Below are positions 1 through 10,711 of a stretch of 64,000 nucleotides of DNA, piece after piece. The notes under the pieces are model-generated. The model did not search any database and had not been told where the DNA came from. It was given only the letters and a program-made list of their open reading frames with translations. How positions within the stretch are numbered: the first letter of the stretch is position 1; every line of letters starts with the position of its first letter. Source of the stretch: Bryobacteraceae bacterium. GTDB taxonomy: Bacteria; Acidobacteriota; Terriglobia; Bryobacterales; Bryobacteraceae. The stretch spans positions 2,609 to 66,608 of the forward strand of contig DATJNO010000096.1 in assembly GCA_035508055.1 (NCBI GenBank), given 5' to 3'. The translations under genes and the position numbers were made by a program.

Positions 1-1676
1 GCCGCCCATCCTCCCACGCCCGTGAGCACCGCAATATACTGCTTGCCTTTGTGCATGTAAGTGATCGGATTGCCGATGATGCCGGAAGGCGCGTGGAATT
101 GATAAAGGATCTTCCCCGTGGCCTGATCCGCGGCCTTGAACCAGCCATCCAGCGTGCCATAGAAGAGCACGCCCCCATCGGTGGTCAGCGGTCCGCTGTA
201 GACCTGGAACATCTCGTTGACCGACCACTTGGTTTCACCGGTGACCTGATTAAAGGCGATCAGTCTGCCGCGAACATCGCCGTGGTCGGCGGGATACATG
301 CTCAGGGTAGCCCCTACGTAGGGGAAGCCGCTCCGGTATTTTACGCTGAAGGCCTGGTAGTCCATGCAGATGTGATTGGTGCCGAGATAGAACAGCTTGC
401 TCTTGGGATCGTAGGAAGCAGGCTGGTGATTCTTAGCGCCTTGAGCGGCCGGACAGATATCTTTGACGTTGACGTCTTCCTTGGTCATCTTGTCTTCGTT
501 GAGAACAGGCCGGCCTGTCTGCAAGTCGATCTTCTCAGCCCAGTTGGTGGAGGGATCAAATTTGTTGGCTCTGAGAAGCTTGCCGTTGCGGCGGTCCAGT
601 ACGTAGGCAAAGCCATTGCGATCGAAATGCGTCATGGTCGGGATGGTCTGGCCGTCAATGACGCTGTCGGTCAGAATGCTTTCGTTGATGCCGTCATAGT
701 CCCAGGCGTCATGGGGAGTCATCTGATAGACCCATGCCGCTACGCCGGTATCCGGATTGCGCGCAAACAAACTGGTGGACCATTTATTGTCGCCCGGCCG
801 CTGCGTAGGATTCCACGTTCCTGGATTGCCGCTGCCGTAGTACACCAGGTTGAGTTGGGGATCGTAGGTATACCAGCCCCAGGTGGTGCCGCCGCCTAGT
901 TTCCATTCATCCTGATTCCAGGTCTTGATGCTGGAATCCTTGCCCACCGGTTGTTGGGTGGCCGCATCGATGGTCTTATCCGGATCAAAAAGGATTTCCG
1001 AATCGGGGCCCACGCTGTTGGCGCGCCACACGAGCTTGCCGGTATTGAGATCGTAAGCGCTGAGATGCCCGCGGACACCGTATTCTCCACCCGAGATCCC
1101 GACGATCACCTTGTCATGCACCACCAGCGGAGCGATGGTCATGGTTTGCCCCAGCTGCGGATCCCCGTTCTGAGCGCTCCAGAGGACTTTACCGGTCTTG
1201 GCGTCGAGCGCATAGACATGCGTATCCAAAGTGGAGATCAGAATCTTGCCCTCGGCATAGGCTACGCCCTTGTTTACCAGATCGCAGCAGGCCACCGACG
1301 GCGTGAACTTATCCTGTTCCGGCGCGAATTTCCAAACGATCTGCCCAATCTTGTCCAGGTCGATGGCGTACACGAAGTTGGGGTAGGAGCTCTCGAAGTA
1401 CATCATGTTGCCCACCACCAGCGGCTGGCCTTCTTGCCCCCGCAGCGTGCCGGTGGACATGGTCCAGGCGACCTTCAGCTTTCCGGCGTTCTTGCTGTTG
1501 ATTTGGGTTAGTTTGCTGTGCCGGATTCCGCTATAACTGCCCAAGGGAATTACCCACTGATTGGGGTCTTGGGAATCCTTTTGGAGCGGTTCGTTGGCGA
1601 CGGAGACCACGGGAGCAAGCACAAAGCAAGCCCCGATTGTGATTGCATGGCGACAAAGCTGCATCATCGGGTTCAT
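1..1676 (-). CDS. xoxF: PQQ-dependent methanol/ethanol dehydrogenase, XoxF-type (lanthanide signature); C-terminus lies beyond the window start
   Basis: Not in the ORF track because there is no stop codon inside the window. Manual translation of the minus strand from ATG 1676-1674 gives MNPMMQLCRHAITIGACFVLAPVVSVANEPLQKDSQDPNQW..KVAWTMSTGTLRGQEGQPLVV..SVACCDLVNKG..TPHDAWDYDGINE..GGWA, open all the way to position 3. It has a signal peptide, the vicinal Cys-Cys and the DYD motif. Confidence 0.88.
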   Translation of the reverse strand, partial: MNPMMQLCRHAITIGACFVLAPVVSVANEPLQKDSQDPNQWVIPLGSYSGIRHSKLTQINSKNAGKLKVAWTMSTGTLRGQEGQPLVVGNMMYFESSYPNFVYAIDLDKIGQIVWKFAPEQDKFTPSVACCDLVNKGVAYAEGKILISTLDTHVYALDAKTGKVLWSAQNGDPQLGQTMTIAPLVVHDKVIVGISGGEYGVRGHLSAYDLNTGKLVWRANSVGPDSEILFDPDKTIDAATQQPVGKDSSIKTWNQDEWKLGGGTTWGWYTYDPQLNLVYYGSGNPGTWNPTQRPGDNKWSTSLFARNPDTGVAAWVYQMTPHDAWDYDGINESILTDSVIDGQTIPTMTHFDRNGFAYVLDRRNGKLLRANKFDPSTNWAEKIDLQTGRPVLNEDKMTKEDVNVKDICPAAQGAKNHQPASYDPKSKLFYLGTNHICMDYQAFSVKYRSGFPYVGATLSMYPADHGDVRGRLIAFNQVTGETKWSVNEMFQVYSGPLTTDGGVLFYGTLDGWFKAADQATGKILYQFHAPSGIIGNPITYMHKGKQYIAVLTGVGGWA

Positions 1677-1694
1677 TCCAAAAGCTCCTTTTGT

Positions 1695-2375
1695 TCAGTC
1701 CTGCGCGGACGGTGGCCTGCCCCCGGACACGAGATCGAGGCTGCGTCCTTTTACATATCTGAAAATGTGAATCACATCATCTTCGCTCAGGAAGCCGGCC
1801 CAGGCCGGCATTCCCTGTTCTTTGTTCCCTTCCATCGCCACGGATAGAAAGCCGCGCTGATTCATCCCGGCTGCGAGTGAGTGGCGCAGATCGGGCGCGA
1901 GCTGGCTGCCGCTGGCATCTGTGCCGTGGCAGCGGTAACAGTACGAGTTATAGAGCTGATAGCCATGGAAGACTTCCTTAGTCACTTTGGGAGCCTGCCC
2001 CTCCAGAAAGAGCGGAAAGTCCAGACGGACCGTGGTGCCGTCCTTGAGCGGGTAAGCGTACGTTTTCGTTTCACTCTGGCGGGGCGCACCCGCCGATTCG
2101 GTTTGCGACAGGATCCACTTCACGATCTCTGTCCGCTGCGGGTCCGTCAAATCCGGATGCGGTGTCATGCCGTTGCCGCCATCCCGTATTTTCGCGGCGA
2201 GCTTTGCGACGGCATCGGTTTGCCCGGCGTATCGCTTGGCCACCGCGTTATAGGCCGGCCCGACCACCTCGTGGTCCACAGCGTGACAGGAAGAACAATC
2301 GCTCGCCTGGATCAGCTTCTCGGCATCCTGCCCGAGGGCTGACAGGGCGATTGCGGCCAGAATGACGGCTTTCAT
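1695..2375 (-). CDS. xoxG: c-type cytochrome with two CxxCH motifs, dehydrogenase-associated (XoxG-like electron acceptor)
   Basis: 226-aa ORF with a signal peptide and the motifs CSSCH and CYRCH. It lies 18 nt upstream of xoxF and 4 nt downstream of xoxJ on the same strand. Confidence 0.8.
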   Translation of the reverse strand: MKAVILAAIALSALGQDAEKLIQASDCSSCHAVDHEVVGPAYNAVAKRYAGQTDAVAKLAAKIRDGGNGMTPHPDLTDPQRTEIVKWILSQTESAGAPRQSETKTYAYPLKDGTTVRLDFPLFLEGQAPKVTKEVFHGYQLYNSYCYRCHGTDASGSQLAPDLRHSLAAGMNQRGFLSVAMEGNKEQGMPAWAGFLSEDDVIHIFRYVKGRSLDLVSGGRPPSAQD

Positions 2376-2379
2376 CGAG

Positions 2380-3186
2380 TCAACGGTCCCCCCGTGGCGC
2401 GTACGACATCACGCCGCTTTCGGTCAAGATGGCGGTAAGCTCCGCCTCATGATTCGCGATGACATCGTCGAGCCTCTTCTTCAATGCATCATTGCCCGCG
2501 CGAACACCCATCGACATGGGGAAGGTGTACTGCTCCGGCGGCCCCAGGGCACGCTCATTCGGAACCGGAACGACCTCCAGATTTGGAGCGGCGCGCAGAA
2601 AGGCTCCGATGGCCGGCTGCCAGGTGATTAAGACGTCGATCTTTCCGCTATTCAGCGCCTCCAGCATGAGCGCCGGCGACTCGCCATTATCCGTTGCCAC
2701 GTCAAAGGCCATCGCTGCCGGAATCATTCCGCGCATTTTGAGAGCATCCTCGGCCGGTGTCTCGCGTTCAAAACCAACCTTCACTCGCTTCAGCACCGGT
2801 GAATCCATGCTCGTAATGTCGTATTTCCTGCTTTTATCGAAAACAAATACATACGACGAGATGTAGTACGGCCGCGTGGTCAGCTCTTCCCGGCTGGCAT
2901 AGGGAATGCTCATCACCACATCGCACTTCTTGGCGTCCAGGGTGGACGACAGGAATTGGGGAAATCCGCCGTGGCCGCGGTGACTCGCCCAGGTGTATTC
3001 CACGGTTTCACCCAAGACCTTGGCAACAGCCTCGGCAATTTTGTTTTCAAACCCCGCGCCCGCTCGGTTTGAATAGGGAAGATAATCCGGATCGGCGCAA
3101 ACCCCCAACGCTTGGGCGCGAACCTGGAACAGAACGGGCCACAGGCCTGCGAGAACCAACGGACTCACGATGGCGCTTAATCTCAT
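2380..3186 (-). CDS. xoxJ: quinoprotein dehydrogenase-associated periplasmic substrate-binding protein (MoxJ/XoxJ-like)
   Basis: 268-aa ORF with a signal peptide. LGVCADPDYLPYSN..GFENKIAEAVA..CDVVMSIPY..TRPYYISSYVFV matches my memory of the MoxJ-type SBP family. Confidence 0.8.
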   Translation of the reverse strand: MRLSAIVSPLVLAGLWPVLFQVRAQALGVCADPDYLPYSNRAGAGFENKIAEAVAKVLGETVEYTWASHRGHGGFPQFLSSTLDAKKCDVVMSIPYASREELTTRPYYISSYVFVFDKSRKYDITSMDSPVLKRVKVGFERETPAEDALKMRGMIPAAMAFDVATDNGESPALMLEALNSGKIDVLITWQPAIGAFLRAAPNLEVVPVPNERALGPPEQYTFPMSMGVRAGNDALKKRLDDVIANHEAELTAILTESGVMSYAPRGDR

Positions 3187-3294
3187 TCGTCTTCACGCCG
3201 GAGTTCGGTTCTGAGTTCGATGCTGCACCCCACCCCGTATTCGGCCGGAGTCAGCTACACATCATATACTGCTTTTCCGCGGTGCGCAGCGGTA

Positions 3295-3309
3295 GGTAGT
3301 GTCCTAAAG
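3295..3309. repeat. left terminal inverted repeat of the GIY-YIG cassette
   Basis: GGTAGTGTCCTAAAG, preceded immediately by CAGCGGTA. Confidence 0.85.
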
Positions 3310-3328
3310 GTGTCGGAGGCAATCCTGA

Positions 3329-3712
<384 letters not shown>

Positions 3713-3793
3713 CAGCGGTAGGCAAGGGCGGCGCTATCCGACGGCCGGCGCGGCTAGCGCTTGCACCTGCCGGATTGCATCCATGCGGTGCTC

Positions 3794-4507
3794 TCACCGT
3801 AGATGCTTGTTAAAAAAAGCCACGATGCGGCCCTGCGCATCTTTCGCCGAGGCTTCGTGGTATCCCATGCCGCCGATCTTGTGCATCAACAGGAACAGCA
3901 ACGGAATGTCTCGCCTGTCGTGGTCGTTGAGGAACGCGTGGCCCGCGGCGGGATATTCCTTCACTTCGTGCTCTACGCCCGCTTGGGTCAGCGCGCGGTC
4001 AAGGCGTTCCGCCGCGCCCCGCAGCGGCCGGTCCTTGGCTCCGAAACTTCCGATCACAGGACATGCTCCAACCAGGAACGTGTCGGCGTCGTCTGGCACT
4101 CTTCCGTAATTCACGCTCGACGCCGAAAATCCATGGCCCGGCGCCAAGAGCAGTGCAAACCCACCGCCCAGACAGAATCCGATCACGCCGACCTTTCGGT
4201 TGCAGTTCTCCTGTCCCGCAAGCCACACGCGCACCGCCTCGATCTCATCGAACGATCTTCCGCGCCGAGCCCGCAACTCGCGAAAAATCGTGCGCAGGCA
4301 TGTCATCTTGCGGCCCCAAGAGAACAAGTTTGGAGCCGCGGCCAGGAATCCCTCGCTCGCCAGCCACTCCACCTGATTCGCCAGATCGCGACTCACTCCC
4401 AAAACATCGTGGATCACGACCACGCCGGGCCGGAGGCCAGGTGCCTCAGGTCTCGCCACCAAGACCGGCAGGTTGCCTGAAGGGCTTGGGATCCGAATCT
4501 CAGTCAT
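3794..4507 (-). CDS. dienelactone hydrolase family alpha/beta hydrolase
   Basis: 237 aa. [41 protein letters not shown] is the typical DLH pattern. Confidence 0.8.
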   Translation of the reverse strand: MTEIRIPSPSGNLPVLVARPEAPGLRPGVVVIHDVLGVSRDLANQVEWLASEGFLAAAPNLFSWGRKMTCLRTIFRELRARRGRSFDEIEAVRVWLAGQENCNRKVGVIGFCLGGGFALLLAPGHGFSASSVNYGRVPDDADTFLVGACPVIGSFGAKDRPLRGAAERLDRALTQAGVEHEVKEYPAAGHAFLNDHDRRDIPLLFLLMHKIGGMGYHEASAKDAQGRIVAFFNKHLR

Positions 4508-4565
4508 CGAGTCTCATTGTCGCCGATTCGCCTGACGTGCGCGGGCAACCCAGGGTGGTTGGCAG

Positions 4566-6506
4566 TTAACAGTTTCCACAGACCAGCTTGAGACGGGCGG
4601 TGAAGTGGAAGGTGCTGCCGGCTCCGGGGAGGCTCTCCACCCAGATCTTGCCCTGCATCATCTCCACCAGCCGGGAAGAAATCGTCAGGCCCAGACCCGT
4701 TCCACCGAATCTCCGGCTCATGGAGCCGTCGGCCTGCGCGAAACTTTCGAAAATCAGCCGCTGTTTGTCTTGTGGAATGCCGATTCCGGAGTCCTTTACG
4801 TCCACCTGTAAGCGGATGGCCTCCGCGGATTCCGGTTCGGCATGGACGTCTACCTCTACTCCACCCTTTTGGGTGAACTTGATGGCATTGCCGACGAGAT
4901 TGACAATGATCTGGCGCAACCGGACGAAATCGCCTCGCAGCAGGGCGGGAACAGCGGAATCCACTTCGCAGGTCAAGCTCAGAGCTTTTTGTTCGGCGGC
5001 CGGTGACATCAGCTTAACAATATCGCTGAGGACTTGCCGGAGGTTGAAATCGGTCGGGTCCAAGTCCAGCTTACCCGCTTCGATCTTGGAGAAATCCAGG
5101 ATGTCATTGATGATTCGAAGTAACGAATCGCTCGACTCTTTAGCGATCTCGAGGAAATTCCTTTGTTCGGCAGTGAGCTCCGTCTCGAGCGCTAATTCCG
5201 TCATCGCTATGATCCCGTTCATGGGAGTGCGAATTTCGTGACTCATGTTGGCCAGGAACTCGCTCTTCAATCGATTGGCGGTTTCGGCTGCCTCCTTGGC
5301 CTGCCGCAGCGATTCTTCCGTACGCTTGCGCTCGCTGTTATCCTGCATCACCGCCCCCAGCGCGAATTCATCGCCCTCGGTCCGCACCATGAAGGCGTTC
5401 AGAAGGACGTCGATGGCCTCCCCCGTTTTGAAATTGCGGACTTGAGCTTCTCCCCGCCAGTGGCCGTCGCGTTTAGCGGCGGGAATCACTTCGGTCGTGA
5501 TCTTCTTCCAGGATTCTTCCGGATGAAAATCGGAGATCCGCATGCCAATCGCATCCTTCGGATCGCTGATCCCGACCAGCCTGCAAGCGCCCTCATTGAC
5601 GTATGTCACCCGGCCTTCCGGAGAAGCCAATGCGATGAAGTCTCTGGTGGATTCCACGAGCGAGGCGAGCATCTGCCGCTCCCGCTCAATTTTCTTACGC
5701 TCCGTGATGTCTCGCATGATGGTCGCTTGTCCCAGGATCTCGCCGTTTTCGCGATGCCGAACAAGGAACGAATGCGTCAGAACGTCCAGCATGTTTCCGT
5801 TCGCCGAAACAAGCTGCAGCTCACCCCGCCAATTGAGGCCTTGATTGACCGCCGGCCACGCTTCGTTTTGCACCGTGTCATAGGCCTTCTGCGTGAGGAA
5901 CTCGCGGATAGGCCTGCCGACTGCTTGTGCCGGATTGGACAGGCCGACCATCCTGGCCCCGCCCTGGTTCAGAAAGGCAACCGTCAGGTCGGCTGATCCG
6001 ATGCCGATCAGGTCTTCGCTGCTGTCGATGAGCGCAGACAGTTTCCGCCACTCGCGCTCGAACCGCTTGGATCCGCCGTCATCGACCACGGTTACGATCG
6101 CTCCGGCGACCTTCCCGGCCTCAATCAGGGGATGATACGAGCATTCGACGGAAAGGCCGGTCCCGTCTGCTCGCCGTAATGTCTCCTCGACCCGCATTGG
6201 TACTCCGGATTGAAGCTGCCGGTCCGCATAGGCAACAACGAGCTGGCGGACCTTCTTTCCGACCAACTCCGAGACGCTTTGGTAGCCCAGCAGTTCTGCA
6301 AACGCGCGGTTGGCGGCAATCAAAGTTTCGCCGGGGTCGATGGCGTATACCGGGACCGCTATGGCATCGAGCGCGCGACTGGAGAAGAGCCCTCCCGTGC
6401 CGCTCCTGGGTTTTCCGTTCTCCGGCGCCAGGTCCGCAAGGCAGAACAGCCTGTGAGGCTCAATGGCTACAGGCGCGGGCACGTATTCGGTCAATTGCGA
6501 CATCAT
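4566..6506 (-). CDS. multi-PAS sensor histidine kinase (HisKA + HATPase_c, no receiver domain)
   Basis: 646 aa with several PAS-like repeats, the H-box [18 protein letters not shown], and G-boxes DSGIGI / GGTGLGLTIS. Confidence 0.85.
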   Translation of the reverse strand: MMSQLTEYVPAPVAIEPHRLFCLADLAPENGKPRSGTGGLFSSRALDAIAVPVYAIDPGETLIAANRAFAELLGYQSVSELVGKKVRQLVVAYADRQLQSGVPMRVEETLRRADGTGLSVECSYHPLIEAGKVAGAIVTVVDDGGSKRFEREWRKLSALIDSSEDLIGIGSADLTVAFLNQGGARMVGLSNPAQAVGRPIREFLTQKAYDTVQNEAWPAVNQGLNWRGELQLVSANGNMLDVLTHSFLVRHRENGEILGQATIMRDITERKKIERERQMLASLVESTRDFIALASPEGRVTYVNEGACRLVGISDPKDAIGMRISDFHPEESWKKITTEVIPAAKRDGHWRGEAQVRNFKTGEAIDVLLNAFMVRTEGDEFALGAVMQDNSERKRTEESLRQAKEAAETANRLKSEFLANMSHEIRTPMNGIIAMTELALETELTAEQRNFLEIAKESSDSLLRIINDILDFSKIEAGKLDLDPTDFNLRQVLSDIVKLMSPAAEQKALSLTCEVDSAVPALLRGDFVRLRQIIVNLVGNAIKFTQKGGVEVDVHAEPESAEAIRLQVDVKDSGIGIPQDKQRLIFESFAQADGSMSRRFGGTGLGLTISSRLVEMMQGKIWVESLPGAGSTFHFTARLKLVCGNC

Positions 6507-6777
6507 GCCACACTAACGTTGCACGCTACTCGCCACAGGGAAACACTTGTTTCTCGAGCTGTTGCGGCGTCAAATTTGAACCGTCTGGCCCATCATCCCA
6601 GCTCTCGTGCTACGATCTTCACCTTATCGTCTTAAGTAGAACCACTGACTAGCCTGGCTGCTCCATTGGGGCAAATGGCGCAATGAGCCCTCGATGAAAT
6701 GACTGGGAACCTCTGTGGTTTCCAAGCGCCGCCGTTCATAAACGGACCCACGTGACGCGGGGCGGAAGGATTTCAGC

Positions 6778-9336
6778 TCACCATGTCTCAGCGCTCGTTT
6801 GCGAGTTCTTGTTTTCCATGGCCACCTGAATTACTTTGATGAGATCGTCGAGCTTGACGGGTTTGGAGATAAACGAGTTCATGCCTGCCTTTAAGCAGCG
6901 TTCGCGAGAGCCCTTGAGCACATCTGCCGTCATGGCGACGATTGTCGCCCGTGGAACTGGTCCTTCCCAGCGACGAATCTCTGCAGCCGCGTCGTAGCCG
7001 TCCATCTCCGGCATTTGACAGTCCATGAAGATCACATCGTAGGGCCCCAGGCGTGCCATGTCGAGCGCCTCCCGGCCGTTTCCCGCGACATCGGTCCGTA
7101 GTCCCAACCTCTCCAGCATCCGCACTGCAACCCGTTGATTGACAACGTTGTCCTCCGCCACGAGCACTCGAAGCGCCGAATCCGCAAATCTTCCAGCGGC
7201 GCGGGACGGAACGCCTTTCGTCTCGCTCGCATCGGCGGCGGCACTGGCGTTCTTTCTTGACCAGCCGGAAGTAAGTGCGTTCAGCAGCTGCGAAGCACGG
7301 ACCGGTTTGGCCAGGCACGCCGCGACTGTGTTCGAATGCAACTCTTTTGCTTCATTGAGGTGTCCGACAGAGGTCAGTATCACGACGATCGGTTTGTCCA
7401 GTGTTGAATCACTGCTGATCGCCATCGCCAGAGCGGCTCCGTTCATTCCCGGCATCTGATAGTCGGCGATCACGAACTGATAGGGGTCTCCCTCGGTTTG
7501 CCCTTTTCGGATCGCGTTGAGTGCGTCTTCGCCGGAAGCGAAGCTGCCGTTGCGCATTCCCCAGCCGGAGATCTGTTCGTGAATGACGCGGCGGTTGACC
7601 TCATTGTCATCCACAATCAGAACTCTTAAGTTCCTCAGATCAGCGGCCGGGATCGGGTCCGCCGAGGGGCCCTCATAAAGGCAAAAAGGGACCATCAACG
7701 AAAAGGTCGATCCACTGCCCAGGGAGCTCTCTACTTCAATTGAGCCACCCATCAACTGGGCCAGCTGCTTGGAGATCGCCAGGCCGAGCCCCGTGCCTCC
7801 GTATCTTCGCGTCGTGGAGGTGTCCGCCTGCGAGAATTTCATAAACAGAGATGCGATCTTGTCCTGGGGGATTCCAATGCCCGTGTCGGTTACCGCCAGC
7901 TGCATTTTGACGGTTCCCCCGTCAGCCACCACGGGCTTCACGGTGATCAGGATTTGTCCCGCGTGAGTGAATTTGACGGCGTTGCCAACCAGGTTCGTGA
8001 CGATCTGGCGGATTCGGCCGCTATCCCCTTTGAAGTGCCGGGGGACTAACGGCGGATACTGAACCAGCAGGTCGAGCCCCTTCTCCTCCGCTCTCGGCGC
8101 AAGCATTGCCGCAACTTCTTCGATTAACAGGCATAGATCAAAAGGATGCGACTCAATCAATAGCTTGCCCGCTTCGATTTTGGAAAAGTCCAGAATGTCA
8201 TTGATCACCGTGAGTAGCGCGTCGCTCGAATGTCGAATGGTCTCGGCGTATTCCCGCTGTTCGTTGGTTAGCTCGGTATCGAGTAAGATGTCGGTCATTC
8301 CGATGACGCCGTTCATCGGCGTGCGGATCTCATGGCTCATATTGGCCAGGAATTCACTCTTGGCTGAAGCAGCGCTTTCAGCTTCACGCCGCGATGCTCG
8401 CAGCAGCCGGGCTTGCCAGACCAGCAAGATCAGCAGGCTGGCCATGAGCGCCATGGCGGCAATCAAGTATCGATTTCTGCGTTGCGCCTCCGCGAGATAA
8501 TAGGTGGAAAGGACTTCGGTGTCAGGATACAAATGCCAGCGTAAACAGATCGCGCTAAAAGTTCCATCCTTGATCAAATCGATGATCTCCTGACGGATTT
8601 CATCCGCAGCCTGCCGGGCATCCGGACGGACGAACGAAGCGCCGACACCAAAGCCCATATCACCGTGCTCCAGTTGCACGAAGCGCAAGCGCGAAGTGCG
8701 ACAGGCTTCCAAGTGCCGCAAATCTGCAAGTTCGTTACTTCCCGCCGAAAGGATGCCTGCCTCGGCGGCGCCGAGACAGACCGCCCTGAGCACGCTCTCG
8801 GCGGATGATCCTGTAGTGACCAGTCGGGCGCGAGGCAGCGCCGAACGCGCCAGGCCCTGATAGAGCGTGATGTTCGAGCGTGCGACCGAACGGCCTGCGG
8901 TGTCCTCGGGGCGGTAGATCTTGCTGGTTTCCAGAGTGACCAGCCAGTTACTCTCGATGTCCCAAGGTTCGGAAATATAAAGGATCTTGCGCCTTTGCGG
9001 GAGGTCCCCCAGCGAGGTCCACAGGTCCACCTTTCCACTCTGGAGTCCCGCTTCCGGGCCCTCTGGCACGGGAACCCACTCGAGGGGGATTCTCAGCCGC
9101 CGGCATGCTTCGGAGAAGATGTCGATGTAGGGACCTTCGGGAGATCCATCCGGAGCCACCGTGTTGTAAGGAGGCGTGTCAACGTAGCCGACACGGAACG
9201 GCTTCGGGTCCTTAGCCGGGCCCCCTAAACGCTTGGAAACCAGTCGCCACCCTCCCCAGGCGGCGAGCGCGAGGAAGAGCCCAACCAGGAACCGGGACTT
9301 CCGGCCGCCAGCCTGAAACTTGGCCGTCCACCGCAT
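6778..9336 (-). CDS. hybrid sensor histidine kinase: periplasmic solute-binding-like domain, TM, HisKA, HATPase_c and two receiver domains
   Basis: The ORF runs 6778..9546. I prefer the start at Met71 (ATG 9336-9334, [27 protein letters not shown]), which gives a TM anchor. It has the H-box [18 protein letters not shown] and two REC domains ([12 protein letters not shown].., [26 protein letters not shown]). Confidence 0.85.
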   Translation of the reverse strand: MRWTAKFQAGGRKSRFLVGLFLALAAWGGWRLVSKRLGGPAKDPKPFRVGYVDTPPYNTVAPDGSPEGPYIDIFSEACRRLRIPLEWVPVPEGPEAGLQSGKVDLWTSLGDLPQRRKILYISEPWDIESNWLVTLETSKIYRPEDTAGRSVARSNITLYQGLARSALPRARLVTTGSSAESVLRAVCLGAAEAGILSAGSNELADLRHLEACRTSRLRFVQLEHGDMGFGVGASFVRPDARQAADEIRQEIIDLIKDGTFSAICLRWHLYPDTEVLSTYYLAEAQRRNRYLIAAMALMASLLILLVWQARLLRASRREAESAASAKSEFLANMSHEIRTPMNGVIGMTDILLDTELTNEQREYAETIRHSSDALLTVINDILDFSKIEAGKLLIESHPFDLCLLIEEVAAMLAPRAEEKGLDLLVQYPPLVPRHFKGDSGRIRQIVTNLVGNAVKFTHAGQILITVKPVVADGGTVKMQLAVTDTGIGIPQDKIASLFMKFSQADTSTTRRYGGTGLGLAISKQLAQLMGGSIEVESSLGSGSTFSLMVPFCLYEGPSADPIPAADLRNLRVLIVDDNEVNRRVIHEQISGWGMRNGSFASGEDALNAIRKGQTEGDPYQFVIADYQMPGMNGAALAMAISSDSTLDKPIVVILTSVGHLNEAKELHSNTVAACLAKPVRASQLLNALTSGWSRKNASAAADASETKGVPSRAAGRFADSALRVLVAEDNVVNQRVAVRMLERLGLRTDVAGNGREALDMARLGPYDVIFMDCQMPEMDGYDAAAEIRRWEGPVPRATIVAMTADVLKGSRERCLKAGMNSFISKPVKLDDLIKVIQVAMENKNSQTSAETW

Positions 9337-9569
9337 GTTTAGAGATCGGCATTTGCTTCCGTGGGCTTCAGACGAGGGGTCTTTGCTGCAGTGACTTGGA
9401 CCGCCGGACGCCGCCGGGGCGGGGTGGTCCCTGGGATCTTGGACAATCCGCCCGTAGCCCAAGGCCGGCCGCGCGATCAGTCGGCAACGAGACAGTACGT
9501 TGAGGAATTGGGCACATTCGGGCATAGAAACGATTCGAAGCGGCAAACCATTGAATCAAAGCAGTTTTG

Positions 9570-9591
9570 GTGGCGGAGAGAGAGGGATTCG
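9570..9591. repeat. 22-nt exact direct copy of the 3' end of tRNA-Ser(GGA) (distal att-like site)
   Basis: GTGGCGGAGAGAGAGGGATTCG at 9570-9591 is identical to 19701-19722, which covers the CCA, discriminator base, acceptor 3' strand and T-arm of the tRNA at 19702-19791. The two copies have the same orientation. Confidence 0.85.
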
Positions 9592-9774
9592 GTCCTTGAC
9601 ACGTCTTTGAAAACAGGCAAGTTATTGACTTCCCATAGACCGCACAACGCATTAAACGCATGGAACACCGGTTTCACTACACACCTATTACACACGAGGC
9701 CAGAACACGATGAATCGGAGTCAAGGACGGTGCAGAGCGGGCGTGATGTTGGTGCCTCGCGGTACGATTTCAGC

Positions 9775-10638
9775 GTGGCCTACAGTGTCTTTATCAGTTA
9801 TATCCTGGGGAAGACCCGTACCGGGAAGGAGTTGGTGGCGCGCGCGATTCACCGTTTGAGTCCCCGCAAGAACTTTCCTTTCGTCACTCTGAACTGTGCC
9901 GCCATTCCGACCGGCCTTCTGGAAAGCGAACTGTTCGGCTACGAAAAAGGAGCCTTTACCGGCGCCTTGTCGCAAAAGATCGGCCGTTTTGAGATGGCGC
10001 ACCGGGGGACGTTGTTTCTGGATGAGGTGGGGGACATCCCGTTGGATCTGCAGCCGAAATTGCTGCGGGCGTTGCAGGAGAAAGCGTTTGAGAGGCTGGG
10101 CGGCACCCGGACGATCCCCATTGACGTCCGGCTGGTGGCGGCGACCAACCGCAATTTGACACAGATGATGGGAGACAAACTCTTCCGCAGCGATCTCTAT
10201 TACCGGCTGAAGGTCTTCCCCATCACCACACCTCCGTTACGCGATCATCCCGAGGACATACCGGTACTCGTCCGGCATTTCACCCAGAAGTACGCTCGCG
10301 AAGCGAACAAGCAGATTGAAAAGATTCCGTCGGAAACGATGCGAGCCCTGGTGAGTTGGTCATGGCCGGGGAACGTGCGCGAGCTCGAAAACTTCATTGA
10401 AAGGTCGGTCATCCTTTCGCGGGGCCCGGCACTCCGTGCACCCTTGGCCGAAATACGTGCAGATGGATCAGAAGCCGCCAGCAGCAGCACGCTCGAGCAG
10501 GTGGAGCGTGAGCATATCGTCCGTGTGTTGCGCGCGGCAGGTGGCGTGGTCAGCACCGCCGCTACCCGGCTGGGTGTGCCCCGCACGACCTTGAACGCCA
10601 TGATGCGGAAGTTGGGGATCTCCCGCAAGGATCTTTAA
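9775..10638 (+). pseudogene. 5'-truncated sigma54-dependent transcriptional activator (AAA+ core and Fis-type HTH; receiver/N-terminal domain and start of AAA+ missing)
   Basis: Recognisable only from ..VFISYILGKTRTGKELVARAIH onward. The Walker A motif is degenerate (GKTRTGKE versus the usual GESGTGKE). GAFTGA, Walker B LFLDEVG and the C-terminal HTH are intact. The upstream part of the 9361 ORF is non-homologous, low GC, and overlaps the kinase gene. Confidence 0.6.
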
Positions 10639-10711
10639 AGATGCGGATCGGCGCACATTGCAACCTAGTCCTCATGCCCCGCGGCGGCACGACGATCCGC
10701 CTCTCTCGACT

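Noticed and set aside
51-1511. Plus-strand ORFs 51..899 (282 aa) and 951..1511 (186 aa) from the track
   Set aside because: They are antisense to the clearly real xoxF reading frame. Their composition is low complexity, rich in G/A/V/R, which is typical of reverse-frame ORFs in high-GC DNA. They show no family resemblance.
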